A stretch of 64,000 nucleotides of DNA from Candidatus Muiribacteriota bacterium (GTDB taxonomy: Bacteria > Muiribacteriota > DAOVTB01). Location: assembly GCA_030633305.1 (NCBI GenBank), contig DAOVTB010000001.1, positions 7,258 through 71,257 of the forward strand. Direction: 5' to 3'. The notes below the pieces were generated by a model. That model did not search any database. It was not told the DNA's origin and worked only from the letters and a program-made list of their open reading frames with translations. The position numbers and the translations under genes are program-made. Of the stretch, positions 20,415-30,162 are shown piece after piece (positions within the stretch are counted from its first letter, which is position 1; each line of letters opens with the position of its first letter).

Positions 20415-22541
20415 TCAACCATGTTTTTCAAGAATTTCTTTAAATCTCTCGTTCTCTGGGTCTTTTTCAAGAACTTTTTTAATAGATTTAAATAAAGTCG
20501 GAGTAAATTTTTTAACTGAAATATAGCATTCACAAAGACCTTTTAACACATCGGCATTGTCAGGAAATAATTTTGTCAATTTCTCGAAAATCTTCATATT
20601 ATCACCTGAAAAATCACCTGTTTTTATATATGACATTCCTGATATCAACAATGCATTCTTATTGTCAGGATCTACGGTAAGAACCTCACCTGCATTTGAA
20701 ATTGCTTTATCATAAGCAGCCTTTTCATATAAAGTCTTGGCAAGCTTTAATTTTTTCTTCAAATCTCCAGTTAAAGCAACAGTCTTTGTTTTTTTAGATG
20801 AAACAAAATCATCAAGTTCATCATCTTTTCTTGTTCCAACAACTCTCTTCTTTGCCAACATATCTCCAATTACACCTTTTGCAATAAAACCAATAAAAAA
20901 TAATCCACATAAGCTCAATCCAACCCATGTATAAAACATTTTTTCAGAACTTGCTTTCTGAGCTTCTGCTTCTTTTTCAGCATTTTTAATCTTTGATACA
21001 ATCTGCTTTACAAAAGGTAATTTCGATGTTTTTAATTTTGCTATATACTTTTTATAATTTTCATCAGGTTTTTCACCAGACTCAAAATAGTAACAATGTG
21101 CAAGCATACTGTTAAGCTTCTCATCTTCTTCAGGAACAGTACCCAAATTACTTATAGCAAGTAATTTCGCCTTTTTAAAATCACCTAATCCAAAATGACA
21201 ATATGTAATATAAATCGGAATTTTTGATGTTTCAGACATTTCACTCAGTTCAGGTTTTCCTTGAACTGATTCGAGCTTCTTTATTGCCATTTTCCATTTT
21301 TTTGATTTATAAGCTTTAATTCCATCTTCAAAATCCTTTATTACACCTACTGTGCTACTTAATTTTGCCAGGATTTTTTTCTTTAGTTTTAATACACCTT
21401 TGTTATTTGGATAAACTTTTAAAACCTTTCCAATATATTCTTTTGCACGTTTAAATTGTTTGTTTCGATAACTAATTTTGGCCTGTTTTAAGTTTCTCTT
21501 CGCATTTTTCTTTCTTCTTACTGCTGGATCAATTACAGCGTCTTCTCCGTGTTTCGCGATTGTAGCTATTTCATCGAGTTTCTTCTCAGCAGTTTCCCGT
21601 AGTTTAACAGCCTCTGCTAATTGATAAAATTGATTTGCATCCCCAACTTTGAGAATCGTTTCCTGATACTTTCCAGCATCAAATAACTTAACTGCCTCAG
21701 CATATATTTTTTTGGCTTTGAGAATATTCTCAATTTTGGAAAGAAAAGTATTTACTTCCCCTGAAACTGAATACTTTTTGGCTTTCAGGAAAAAGGTCTT
21801 TGCATTTTTATAATCTTTTGCCTCAAAAGCCTTTTTACCTTTAGTCAGATTAGAATAATACGGGTTTTTAGAACTAAATATCAAGGCAAGGATCTTTTTA
21901 ACTTTCGAATTGCCTTTGTTTCTGCCATGCCATCTTTTAATCTCGATCATAGCAGTTTCATATTTTTTCTGTTTGAATAAAATCAATGCTTTCTGGCAGA
22001 CCAAACCAACATATCTATCGTCAGATGAGCTAAGGGTTCTTTGACTAGCAAGCTGTTCGACATTTTTCAGAACCTTTAGTGCATCACTATATTTTTCTTT
22101 TTCTAAATACAATTCAACTTTAAAGGTGTAACCCTCAATAAATTTGTTATTATCTTCAATTATAGAATCTGCTATAGATATTGCTTTTTCAAAATTATTC
22201 TGTTTTCCAGCTTCTTTTGCTTTCTGTAACTTTATTAAAGAAAGTAAATTTGCATACTTTTCTTCATGCCTTTTCAATCCAAAGGCTTTTTTAGCATATT
22301 TTCTGGCTTGATCTATCTTTCCCTGCTCAAGATATATTTTTCCCATCCAATAGTATGGATCAGAATAAATTGAATCAATCTCGGAAGCTGATTTCAAAAG
22401 TTCAAGAGCACGTGTGAAATTACGGCTTTTGAATTTAATCACCGCTTCCTTGACTTTTTCAACAGCTTTGGTAGCAGCTCCAAATGAAACAGAAACCATC
22501 AGAAAAAAAAGAATCAAAATAAAAATTGACGTTCGCTTCAT
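20415..22541 (-). CDS. TPR-repeat protein with a signal peptide and one internal TM
   Basis: 708 aa. Signal peptide MKRTSIFILILFFLMVSVSFGAA. It has multiple TPR-like units and a hydrophobic segment WVGLSLCGLFFIGFIAKGVIG. Confidence 0.6.
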   Translation of the reverse strand: MKRTSIFILILFFLMVSVSFGAATKAVEKVKEAVIKFKSRNFTRALELLKSASEIDSIYSDPYYWMGKIYLEQGKIDQARKYAKKAFGLKRHEEKYANLLSLIKLQKAKEAGKQNNFEKAISIADSIIEDNNKFIEGYTFKVELYLEKEKYSDALKVLKNVEQLASQRTLSSSDDRYVGLVCQKALILFKQKKYETAMIEIKRWHGRNKGNSKVKKILALIFSSKNPYYSNLTKGKKAFEAKDYKNAKTFFLKAKKYSVSGEVNTFLSKIENILKAKKIYAEAVKLFDAGKYQETILKVGDANQFYQLAEAVKLRETAEKKLDEIATIAKHGEDAVIDPAVRRKKNAKRNLKQAKISYRNKQFKRAKEYIGKVLKVYPNNKGVLKLKKKILAKLSSTVGVIKDFEDGIKAYKSKKWKMAIKKLESVQGKPELSEMSETSKIPIYITYCHFGLGDFKKAKLLAISNLGTVPEEDEKLNSMLAHCYYFESGEKPDENYKKYIAKLKTSKLPFVKQIVSKIKNAEKEAEAQKASSEKMFYTWVGLSLCGLFFIGFIAKGVIGDMLAKKRVVGTRKDDELDDFVSSKKTKTVALTGDLKKKLKLAKTLYEKAAYDKAISNAGEVLTVDPDNKNALLISGMSYIKTGDFSGDNMKIFEKLTKLFPDNADVLKGLCECYISVKKFTPTLFKSIKKVLEKDPENERFKEILEKHG

Positions 22542-22551
22542 AATTCCTCCG

Positions 22552-22953
22552 CTAGTCAGCTAAAACAATTTCTATTCGTGAATCTTCACGGATTTTTTTA
22601 TCTGTTCTGGAAAGTTTAAAAAGAACATCAGGATTATCAAGAGCTTTATTAGAATAAACCAATGCAATTCCATTATCCGTTTCTACAATCTCAGTTGGGA
22701 CTTTAAGAGGTATCTGTCTTTCATCAGTTCCATGAAGATAAAAAACTTTTCCAAGACCTTCCTCAAATCCAACAGCAATGCTTTCTATAGTGAAAGGATC
22801 TGTAGTAAGTTTTCCCGCTTTTACAACAACCTTTTCACCGATAAATTCAAATAATTCCTTGAATTCGTCCCTTAATTGACCTTCAGAAGTCTGGAGATCC
22901 AGTTCTTTAGATGTAAAATAATTCGTAATTTTATGTTTTGGTGGCTTACCCAT
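22552..22953 (-). CDS. Hypothetical protein
   Basis: 133 aa, tightly packed in the minus-strand gene array. No recognisable motif. Confidence 0.4.
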   Translation of the reverse strand: MGKPPKHKITNYFTSKELDLQTSEGQLRDEFKELFEFIGEKVVVKAGKLTTDPFTIESIAVGFEEGLGKVFYLHGTDERQIPLKVPTEIVETDNGIALVYSNKALDNPDVLFKLSRTDKKIREDSRIEIVLAD

Positions 22954-22975
22954 CAGCAGACCTGCCTTTTTTAAT

Positions 22976-23881
22976 TTATTTATTTAAATACTTTAACAAA
23001 CTCTTGCTCTTGTACTTCACTTCATATTTCTTTCTCTTAAACTTCATAGCTTCAGCAATTAGAAAAATCTTTTTCCCTTTAATTATTATCTCGGTTGTTG
23101 TGAGGCCAAACATAAATTTTTCAAAAAATAGCATAGGATTAACCATATTTGAAATCGTATCAATAATAAATCCTGGAACCGAATTTTTCCCTGTTTTGCA
23201 TTTTTTTATCTTGAAACGCATCATATTCTTTTTATCAACATAAGTTGTCCCATTAACAAATACTTCCCCTTCATAGTCCATAAACTTCATCATGCCATTT
23301 AAAACGATATCTTTACCATCAACAGAAAGTGGTGGAATTATAGTCCCCTGCTTTCCAGCTTCGTCATGGATAAATTTCCCAAGTTCATCAGCAGTTACTT
23401 CCATCGTGAAAATAGCAGAATTTGCAGTCATGATTCGAAATTCCTTCTTATTTAACCGTTCCTGATCCAGGACAACTCCAGTAAAATTAATACTTACCCG
23501 ATCAATCGGCATACCTTTTACTAAAAAATTTGAAAATACAAATTCCATATTTTTATAAACATCCCGATCTATTCGATATTTCTTCTCTTTTTTCTTGAAC
23601 GTCACATTCCGGACTTCAGGAACAATAAAATATTCTTCCGCCATTAAATCACGGAGATTTTCAAGATACTTTATTTTTGATTCAGGAAACAGTATCAGAG
23701 GCATCTTTTTTATATGCTTGTTCAAATAATTCTGAAAAGCAACCCTTATAACTTCAGCTTCTTCTAGTAATAACTGATCTGCACTGACAGTTTCCTGACA
23801 ATAAGAAATATCGTTAAAGCTTACTACAAACAGGGTAACAAGTAAAATCACATATATAACTTTCAATTGATGCCTCCGCAT
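22976..23881 (-). CDS. Hypothetical secreted protein
   Basis: 301 aa with signal peptide MRRHQLKVIYVILLVTLFVVSF. No recognisable domain. Confidence 0.45.
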   Translation of the reverse strand: MRRHQLKVIYVILLVTLFVVSFNDISYCQETVSADQLLLEEAEVIRVAFQNYLNKHIKKMPLILFPESKIKYLENLRDLMAEEYFIVPEVRNVTFKKKEKKYRIDRDVYKNMEFVFSNFLVKGMPIDRVSINFTGVVLDQERLNKKEFRIMTANSAIFTMEVTADELGKFIHDEAGKQGTIIPPLSVDGKDIVLNGMMKFMDYEGEVFVNGTTYVDKKNMMRFKIKKCKTGKNSVPGFIIDTISNMVNPMLFFEKFMFGLTTTEIIIKGKKIFLIAEAMKFKRKKYEVKYKSKSLLKYLNK

Positions 23882-23918
23882 TAATTGTTATTGTCATATA
23901 TATTATCAGAAAAAAGGG

Positions 23919-24542
23919 TTAATGTAAAATATTCCATCCTCTTTCGAGGTTTTTTAAATGAATAGGTCTTAGACATACTCCTGTCATTAAAGTTGTTTTA
24001 ATAGCACGTTTCTTCATTGATAGCTTTATTCTAATAAAACTTATCAGACTTCGATCAACACTGGAGCTACTTTCGTAATCATAACTTTTAAATTTCTCAG
24101 TTTTAGCATTTTCAACATAGCCTGAAAAAACTTTAGGATCAATTTTAAATCCTTTCAAAACAGTTTCATTCTGTCCACCTTCAGAACGAACGAATATTCT
24201 GTTGTTATCCGAAAGAACATAACTTACTTTTATAAATTCATTTATTGAATTCAAATTGAACTGCTTACGATATTTTTTGAAAACAATTTTTCTTGGACTT
24301 AATTTTTCTATACTGACAGCGCAGGAAAGATCTCTTATACATCTTTCGATAAAAGTCCTGCCTTCTCTGACAAGTTCAGCTTCTTCCGCAGTTACTGTTG
24401 CTCCTTTGGTGACATTATAATAAAAATTATAAATGATTCCAAAAACCAGTATGGAAATACTCAGCACCATCAATAATTCAACAAACGTAAATGCTCTTTT
24501 AACTACATTCCGTCGTCTGTTCTTAATATGACATAGCGACAT
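23919..24542 (-). CDS. Prepilin-type N-terminal cleavage/methylation domain protein (pseudopilin)
   Basis: 207 aa. Class III signal KRAFTFVELLMVLSISILVFGIIYNFY (variant of the G-FTLIE motif with Ala at -1). Confidence 0.6.
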   Translation of the reverse strand: MSLCHIKNRRRNVVKRAFTFVELLMVLSISILVFGIIYNFYYNVTKGATVTAEEAELVREGRTFIERCIRDLSCAVSIEKLSPRKIVFKKYRKQFNLNSINEFIKVSYVLSDNNRIFVRSEGGQNETVLKGFKIDPKVFSGYVENAKTEKFKSYDYESSSSVDRSLISFIRIKLSMKKRAIKTTLMTGVCLRPIHLKNLERGWNILH

Positions 24543-25066
24543 AAACTTTGACTATTCCCCTTATCAAATAATTCAACAATTATGTTCTTAATCTTAATCA
24601 TGGGATTCTCAGGATATTCCTCAACTTCAACCGTAACGACTCTTCTGTAACCAGAATACTCATCAGGATACAATTCATAATCCCTTCCATAATATTTTTT
24701 ATATTTTCTTACAAATTTTTCGAAAATCCTCGGAAACTTTTTCTTCAATTTCTTAGTAAAAATATCAGTGAAATTCCGTTTAAATAATTCTGAATTTTCA
24801 TCCATATCAATGAACGCTTCGTGATGTGTTCCACGAAATACAGAAGAAAACACCTCAAAATCTGATTTAATCCTGGTAAATCTAAGTAAAGTTAGCTCTT
24901 CAATTTTTTCACGAGCCAGGTTATCAACAATTGTTTTATTCTTGATATTGATAACTCCTTTTTTACCAAACCATATGATTCTGGTAAACGGAGTAATTAA
25001 AATACCAAGAATAACCAGGGTAATCAATATTTCTATCAATGTAAAAGATCTTCTAGATGTCTCCAT
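24503..25066 (-). CDS. Prepilin-type N-terminal cleavage/methylation domain protein (pseudopilin). Start moved to the internal Met
   Basis: The ORF track starts at 25108, but METSRRSFTLIEILITLVILGILI begins at 25066, giving a short basic leader + FTLIE motif. Confidence 0.55.
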   Translation of the reverse strand: METSRRSFTLIEILITLVILGILITPFTRIIWFGKKGVINIKNKTIVDNLAREKIEELTLLRFTRIKSDFEVFSSVFRGTHHEAFIDMDENSELFKRNFTDIFTKKLKKKFPRIFEKFVRKYKKYYGRDYELYPDEYSGYRRVVTVEVEEYPENPMIKIKNIIVELFDKGNSQSLCRYVILRTDDGM

Positions 25067-25860
25067 AATATCCCCAGATTTTTTTCTCCCATAATATATA
25101 CGACACAAACACTGAAAAAGATGTAAGGTCCAAACGGTATATAGGTACTTTTTTTATTCAATGTTATTATCATCAGCAGAATACCAAAAAATGCTCCCAG
25201 AAAAAATGAAAGGAATAAACCTGCTATAAGAATTTTATATCCCACAAAAAAGCCAAGACCAATAGCTAGTTTAACATCCCCTCCGCCCATTGCAGGACGT
25301 TTGAATATTTTTTCTCCAAGAAATCCGATAGCCCAAAGAAATCCACCTCCTGCAAATGATGCAAAAAGTCCGTCAAGAATGTAACTATCAAAAAAGGGCA
25401 CATAGCTTTCATTCACCTTGAGAAATGTTCCGGCAAAAGAAAAAGCTGCTCCAGTTAGAAAAAGCGACAGGTTCATTCCATCAGGTATTATTTGAAATTT
25501 TATATCCAAGGCAGATATCACAACAAAAAAACTTAGCATTACTATACATTTTGCTACAAAAAAAGGATTGCCCCCATAAAGATGATAAGCAAGCATGAAA
25601 ATAAATCCCTCAAGAATCTCAACAAATGGATATATAAACGATACTCTCCCTGCACAATAATGACATCTTCCCCCATTGCCAATCCAACTTAAAACCGGTA
25701 TCAGATCAAAGAATCCAAGTATTTTACCGCAACGGGTACAATGAGAAGACGGAAATATAAAAGATTCATATCTCGGTATTCGATATATAAGCACATTTAT
25801 GAAACTTCCTACAAAAGTCCCAAAAATAAAGAAAACAAAATATGGAAAAATCAGTTCCAT
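25036..25860 (-). CDS. pilD: Prepilin peptidase (A24 family)
   Basis: 274 aa. It has an N-terminal zinc-binding CxxC...CxxC (CTRCGK...CHYCAG), 6-8 TM helices and the conserved GGGDVKL motif. Confidence 0.8.
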   Translation of the reverse strand: MELIFPYFVFFIFGTFVGSFINVLIYRIPRYESFIFPSSHCTRCGKILGFFDLIPVLSWIGNGGRCHYCAGRVSFIYPFVEILEGFIFMLAYHLYGGNPFFVAKCIVMLSFFVVISALDIKFQIIPDGMNLSLFLTGAAFSFAGTFLKVNESYVPFFDSYILDGLFASFAGGGFLWAIGFLGEKIFKRPAMGGGDVKLAIGLGFFVGYKILIAGLFLSFFLGAFFGILLMIITLNKKSTYIPFGPYIFFSVCVVYIMGEKNLGILWRHLEDLLH

Positions 25861-25865
25861 AATTA

Positions 25866-26663
25866 CTAAATCCTTCTGTTATTTAATTCCTTAACGGTTG
25901 ATAAAGTACGAGCGATACGAGTATTCGTTGGCGGATGAGTTGAAACAAATTTCAAAAGTCCGCGTGAAATTGCAGACGAACTCCCTTCCTTCTGCTTCAA
26001 CTTTCTTAAAAATTTACTCATACCTCCTGGGTCATATCCGGCTGAGTGCGCATACTCCATACCTGTATAGTCTGCTTCATATTCATCTGTTCTACTTAGT
26101 TTAAGCATAGTCAAACTTGAAACAAGAGTCATCCATTTATATTTTGAAGAACTTGAATTACCTAAAATGGCCTGCATTGAACCAAGAAAAAACATGTTCT
26201 TAAGCAGTGCCTTCTCTGAATCCCGATTCCTTACATGTGCACATTCATGCCCAAGGACACAGGCAAGTTCGTCATCTGATTCCACCATATCTAAAAGTCC
26301 CTTTGTCACATAGATCTGTCCGTTAGGAAACGCAAAAGCATTTACCATACTAGTGTTTAATATTCCAAACCTGTAATCATAGTTTTTCCTACTCTGGCGA
26401 GCGATTCGATGTCCAATAGTCCTCACTCTTGTATTTGCTGAACTATCCATATACAGTCCATATTTAGAGCTCATACTGTCACCAGCTTTTGCAGATAAAA
26501 CTCCCCAGAAATTACTAGTACTGACACCGGATGTCCGGGTATTTGATTTCTGACCAGCTGTTTTCCATTTTTTCTTCAAGGATTTTTTAAATTTTTTCCA
26601 CCAACCAGCATGCAAAGTTGTAGCAAAAATCAATAATATAAAAACTATGGTTATTTTTTTCAT
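25866..26663 (-). CDS. M48-family zinc metallopeptidase with a signal peptide
   Basis: 265 aa with a HExxH motif (GHECAHVRNRDSE) and an N-terminal signal peptide. Confidence 0.65.
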   Translation of the reverse strand: MKKITIVFILLIFATTLHAGWWKKFKKSLKKKWKTAGQKSNTRTSGVSTSNFWGVLSAKAGDSMSSKYGLYMDSSANTRVRTIGHRIARQSRKNYDYRFGILNTSMVNAFAFPNGQIYVTKGLLDMVESDDELACVLGHECAHVRNRDSEKALLKNMFFLGSMQAILGNSSSSKYKWMTLVSSLTMLKLSRTDEYEADYTGMEYAHSAGYDPGGMSKFLRKLKQKEGSSSAISRGLLKFVSTHPPTNTRIARTLSTVKELNNRRI

Positions 26664-26728
26664 AATAATTCCTGAAAAAGTGCATTTTTTATATAATATA
26701 AATTACTCGCGACAATTAGTCAAATGCG

Positions 26729-27006
26729 AATATCAAATCCACATACGCACTGTACCCAGCGTCTCTAGATGGCCTCATTTCTAATACAAGGCCTGGACAC
26801 CGCAACGCATATCAATTTTGGAGAAAAAGCAAACCTAGTACATGAAGCATTCTCGAACTTGAATATAATATGCGACATCATGACGGGTCAGGGCACTGTG
26901 AATTTTTTTGAACTTCAAAGAAAATTAAAGTACTTCTGACCCAATCTATATTAGTATTTGATATAATTATTTGGAACTTTTTTTATTTCACTTCGTGTTC
27001 TTCGTG
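26729..27006 (+). repeat. Intergenic structured repeat, copy C (module 1 + module 2 + AATCTATATTAGTATTT + TTCGTG x2)
   Basis: Module 1 (26729-26815) shares CCTGGACACCGCAACGCATAT exactly with copy D. Module 2 has helix GGGTCAG (26885-26891) / CTGACCC (26936-26942). TTCGTG at 26992 and 27001 extend into the last codons of the lipoate-ligase gene. Confidence 0.5.
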
Positions 27007-27699
27007 GTAATAATGAATTTTTCCACCAAAGGATTCTGCAAATCCTTCGGTCAGTTTAGAAATAATCATACTTTCATTGTAATAAACAGGATCGAGAAGA
27101 TCATATAACGCAACTCTTTGATCGCGTGCAGATGGATCAGTTCCAAAAAGTTTACTTTCTGTCGTTTCATCAATTGTCAAAGGGATTGAGCCGTGCTGCA
27201 GAATATTTTTATTCCGTCGGCACTGGGCACTTCCAATAAGTTTTTTTCCACCAACAACAATTTCGGCAATACTAATTGACGAGAAACAACTGACTTTGGA
27301 ACTATACTTCCTTCCCGATTTTCTTCTATATATTTCTGCTTCAATTCCCATTTTTTCCATACCAGATAAAAGTCCCTCTGCAATCAGATTATAAAAATCA
27401 ATAAGTGAGTATTTTTTTTCAAAAATATCTTCACTACAACTGACCGCATAAGTTATATCATTACTGTGAAATACAGCTCGACCACCAGTTGGTCGTTTAA
27501 CAACATCAAGATCAGCAGGCCAATTAACGGGATGATGATTTTTTTGAAGATAACCAACAGTAACAGCCGGAGGATCAAATTTGTAAAATCTCAAATGGAT
27601 TCCAGTTCCACCAAATTCCATCATCTTCTGGTCATAGTTCATCTGAAAAGACGCATTTTTTTTATAATAGGGATGTAAAAACAGATCAAAAAAAGACAT
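26983..27699 (-). CDS. Lipoate-protein ligase / octanoyltransferase family protein (BPL_LplA_LipB domain)
   Basis: 238 aa with VKRPTGGRAVFHSNDITYAV, typical of the LplA/LipB catalytic domain. The C-terminal tail YYHEEHEVK is encoded by the TTCGTG-repeat segment. Confidence 0.6.
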   Translation of the reverse strand: MSFFDLFLHPYYKKNASFQMNYDQKMMEFGGTGIHLRFYKFDPPAVTVGYLQKNHHPVNWPADLDVVKRPTGGRAVFHSNDITYAVSCSEDIFEKKYSLIDFYNLIAEGLLSGMEKMGIEAEIYRRKSGRKYSSKVSCFSSISIAEIVVGGKKLIGSAQCRRNKNILQHGSIPLTIDETTESKLFGTDPSARDQRVALYDLLDPVYYNESMIISKLTEGFAESFGGKIHYYHEEHEVK

Positions 27700-28624
27700 T
27701 CTGCAAAACCCTCAGAAGTGAAAGATCTCGATTCAGGATATATACCCGATTTTTAGAACCCAGAAAAAGTTCTTTTGAACCTTTCCCATTAAAATCACTT
27801 ATAATGAAGGAATAAAAAAATGGATTGTTCAAAACATCACTTCTCGATAATTTAATCATCGAGAATAGTTTGGGAGGAGTTTCATCTGGATAAAGTATTT
27901 TCAGCCAGGATTTTTCTTCTTTTTCATCCAGAACAACATAATCTGAATTTTCAGGATCATTTTTTTTGAAATAGAATTTTCCCCGGCTCATGTAAAAATC
28001 ATAACCTGGAAGAAAGGGATTTTGTCTAACATCATAGGCTGCAATGGTCTGTGGTAAATAGATCAAGGATTCCTTTTTTTTAACTTGATTGCCATTGATA
28101 TCAAAAATAAACAACTCTTCCCCATAATTTGATACAAACACAAATTCTGGAATTGAATCGTAATTGATATCAAGAATAAATGGTCTGTATGTAAATTCGT
28201 CCTCTTCCCGTCTATATTCAAGCCGGTTTTTAAGTTTTATAGTTTTAAACAGAGTTCCGCGCCAGTCGTATATGAGAAACATCTGTTCTCTCTTTTCGCT
28301 TAATTTTGCCAGAAGAATCCTGAAATCCTTTTTCTTTTTTCCGAATTTGACAACTTCAATAAAAAATCCATTTGCCAGACTCCAACCTTTAAAACCATCA
28401 CTTGTGAAAATAGAGAATCTCCGTCCTCCCTTTTCAACAAAAACATATTCATTTTTTCCATCATGATTGAAATCAACGGGGATTATCCTTTCAATAATAC
28501 CCCGTCCAGAAATTTTCCTGTATTTATGTCTTTTTTTCAATAGTCTTTTAAAATCATCAGAAATTGGAAACAGAAAACTGCTTCCGAATATGATTATTAT
28601 TGTGAGTAATAGTATTTTTTTCAT
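27686..28624 (-). CDS. Secreted protein with FG-GAP-like repeats (start moved to internal MKKILLL)
   Basis: It has repeats of the D-x-N-x-D-G type (DFNHDGKNEYVFV, DINYDSIPEFVFV, DFNGKGSKELFLG). The ORF track start at 28672 has a non-hydrophobic 16-aa prefix. MKKILLLTIIIIFGSSFLF at 28624 looks like the signal peptide. Confidence 0.45.
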   Translation of the reverse strand: MKKILLLTIIIIFGSSFLFPISDDFKRLLKKRHKYRKISGRGIIERIIPVDFNHDGKNEYVFVEKGGRRFSIFTSDGFKGWSLANGFFIEVVKFGKKKKDFRILLAKLSEKREQMFLIYDWRGTLFKTIKLKNRLEYRREEDEFTYRPFILDINYDSIPEFVFVSNYGEELFIFDINGNQVKKKESLIYLPQTIAAYDVRQNPFLPGYDFYMSRGKFYFKKNDPENSDYVVLDEKEEKSWLKILYPDETPPKLFSMIKLSRSDVLNNPFFYSFIISDFNGKGSKELFLGSKNRVYILNRDLSLLRVLQNVFF

Positions 28625-28705
28625 ATAGGTGGTCAGGTCTTTAATCTTAAGATCTGCATCAGTGTTCCACAAGCAGTAATGCTAAAAACAGTCTTATATT
28701 AAATT

Positions 28706-28776
28706 CGGGCCGGCACGGGGACCGGCCCCTACTTTATTTTTTTTTTAATTCCTTCATGTTCTTCATGCTCTTCATG
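28706..28776 (+). repeat. Short copy of the GC-hairpin repeat (GGGCCGG/CCGGCCC) + T-run + TTCATG x3. Terminator-like on the + strand
   Basis: Stem 28706-28712/28721-28727 with loop CACGGGGA, then CTACTTTATTTTTTTTTT, then TTCATG at 28753, 28762 and 28771 (9-bp period). Confidence 0.45.
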
Positions 28777-28814
28777 GTGATTTTTTTCTTCTTTATCCTT
28801 GCAATTTTTTAAAA

Positions 28815-29348
28815 TTACAATTTCAAAGGTTCAAAATTTGTGAAGTCTGCATGATGTACGATTATTGATTCTGCACATACACGACTTTTTTCACCTTCTC
28901 TAGCGTGAACAGCTATCATATGCTGTACTTTAGGCGAAAGCCCTTCTTCAAAAGCAAGAGCCATTCCTGAAAATGGATGCCTCAGTAATTTTCCATATGA
29001 ACTTTTTACAAATTCGCCATTTTCTTTAACGTATTCAAGTAATTTTCCAATATCATGAAGAATGGCACCACATAAAAGTTCGTCCATATCAATATCCATC
29101 TTGTCACCATAAATCTCTTTTAATTCCTGAGCTGATTTATAGGAAACCAATGTAACACCTCTTATATGCTGAACCATATTGGCTGGACATGGTTTTATCA
29201 ACAATGTAAATGGCATTTCAACAAGATCTTCTGGCTGCCATCCCCCACGTTCCATGGCTTTAACAAAAACATTCATGGTCTTTTGTTTTAATTCTTCATT
29301 TTTAAAAAGTGAAAATTCTGGAAACAATTCAAATAATTTTTCTCTCAT
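28815..29348 (-). CDS. HD-domain phosphohydrolase
   Basis: 177 aa with the HD signature AILHDIGKLLEY and a downstream His (IAVHAREGE, VHHADF). Confidence 0.6.
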   Translation of the reverse strand: MREKLFELFPEFSLFKNEELKQKTMNVFVKAMERGGWQPEDLVEMPFTLLIKPCPANMVQHIRGVTLVSYKSAQELKEIYGDKMDIDMDELLCGAILHDIGKLLEYVKENGEFVKSSYGKLLRHPFSGMALAFEEGLSPKVQHMIAVHAREGEKSRVCAESIIVHHADFTNFEPLKL

Positions 29349-29365
29349 TTTTTCTCCTTATCAAC

Positions 29366-29665
29366 TTATGAATCTGTTCTGCTTGTAATTTCAATCAAAT
29401 GAAACCCAAACTGAGTTTTAATTGGACCATGTACAACACCAACTTCTTCGTTAAATACCACAGTATCGAATTCGGGAACCATTTGTCCTGGAGTAAATTC
29501 GCCAAGTCCACCACCACTTTTTCCAGATGGGCACTGCGAATGTTCTGCTGCCAATTCTGTAAAATCAGAACCTTCACTGATCAGAGTCTTTAATTTTTCA
29601 CATTCTGTTTCACTGGATACTAAAATATGTCTTGCCTTTGCTTTCATTATTTTTCTCCTTTTCAA
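29366..29665 (-). CDS. ppiC: Parvulin-type peptidyl-prolyl cis-trans isomerase (PpiC-like)
   Basis: 99 aa. ARHILV...HSQCPSGKSGGGLGEFTPGQMVPEFD...FGFHLIEI closely parallels E. coli PpiC (HILV...[26 protein letters not shown]...FGYHIIKV). Confidence 0.8.
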   Translation of the reverse strand: MKRRKIMKAKARHILVSSETECEKLKTLISEGSDFTELAAEHSQCPSGKSGGGLGEFTPGQMVPEFDTVVFNEEVGVVHGPIKTQFGFHLIEITSRTDS

Positions 29666-29698
29666 ATATATTACTATGAGACAATATCATACTGTAAT

Positions 29699-30154
29699 TT
29701 ATATGACAATATCATCATTAATTTTTATTATTCCGCTCTTGAGAATATTGGCTCTTAAACCACCAATATTTTTTAATCCTTTTTTCATATCACATCCTAG
29801 TTCTTTACCTAAATAAGTACATGGATGGCATAATTTCACACCTAAAAGAGTTGTATTACCAACTTTAAAAGTTTTACCAACCAGTTTATTAAGTTCAACT
29901 CCTTCTGTTACTATATTCCTGCGAATATCTTCAGCCAAAAATTCGGTTCCCAATATTTTATTACATTTTACAATTGATTCATTTTCTATCAAGGTTACCT
30001 GAATTCCCTCATCTTGTTTTGATTTTTTTGAACAATTTTCAAAATATTTATCATCCTCTAAGCCACATCCTGCAACCGCCATAACAGTTTGAACTGCTTT
30101 AATTTTTCCAGAATCTACACTTGAGATGACAATTTTTACAACTTTGCCGTTCAT
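29699..30154 (-). CDS. MOSC-domain protein
   Basis: 151 aa. GCGLEDD ... GIQVTLIE ... RRNIVTEGV ... KLCHPCTYL fits the MOSC beta-barrel pattern with the conserved Cys near the C-terminus. Confidence 0.55.
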   Translation of the reverse strand: MNGKVVKIVISSVDSGKIKAVQTVMAVAGCGLEDDKYFENCSKKSKQDEGIQVTLIENESIVKCNKILGTEFLAEDIRRNIVTEGVELNKLVGKTFKVGNTTLLGVKLCHPCTYLGKELGCDMKKGLKNIGGLRANILKSGIIKINDDIVI

Positions 30155-30162
30155 AATTTCTC

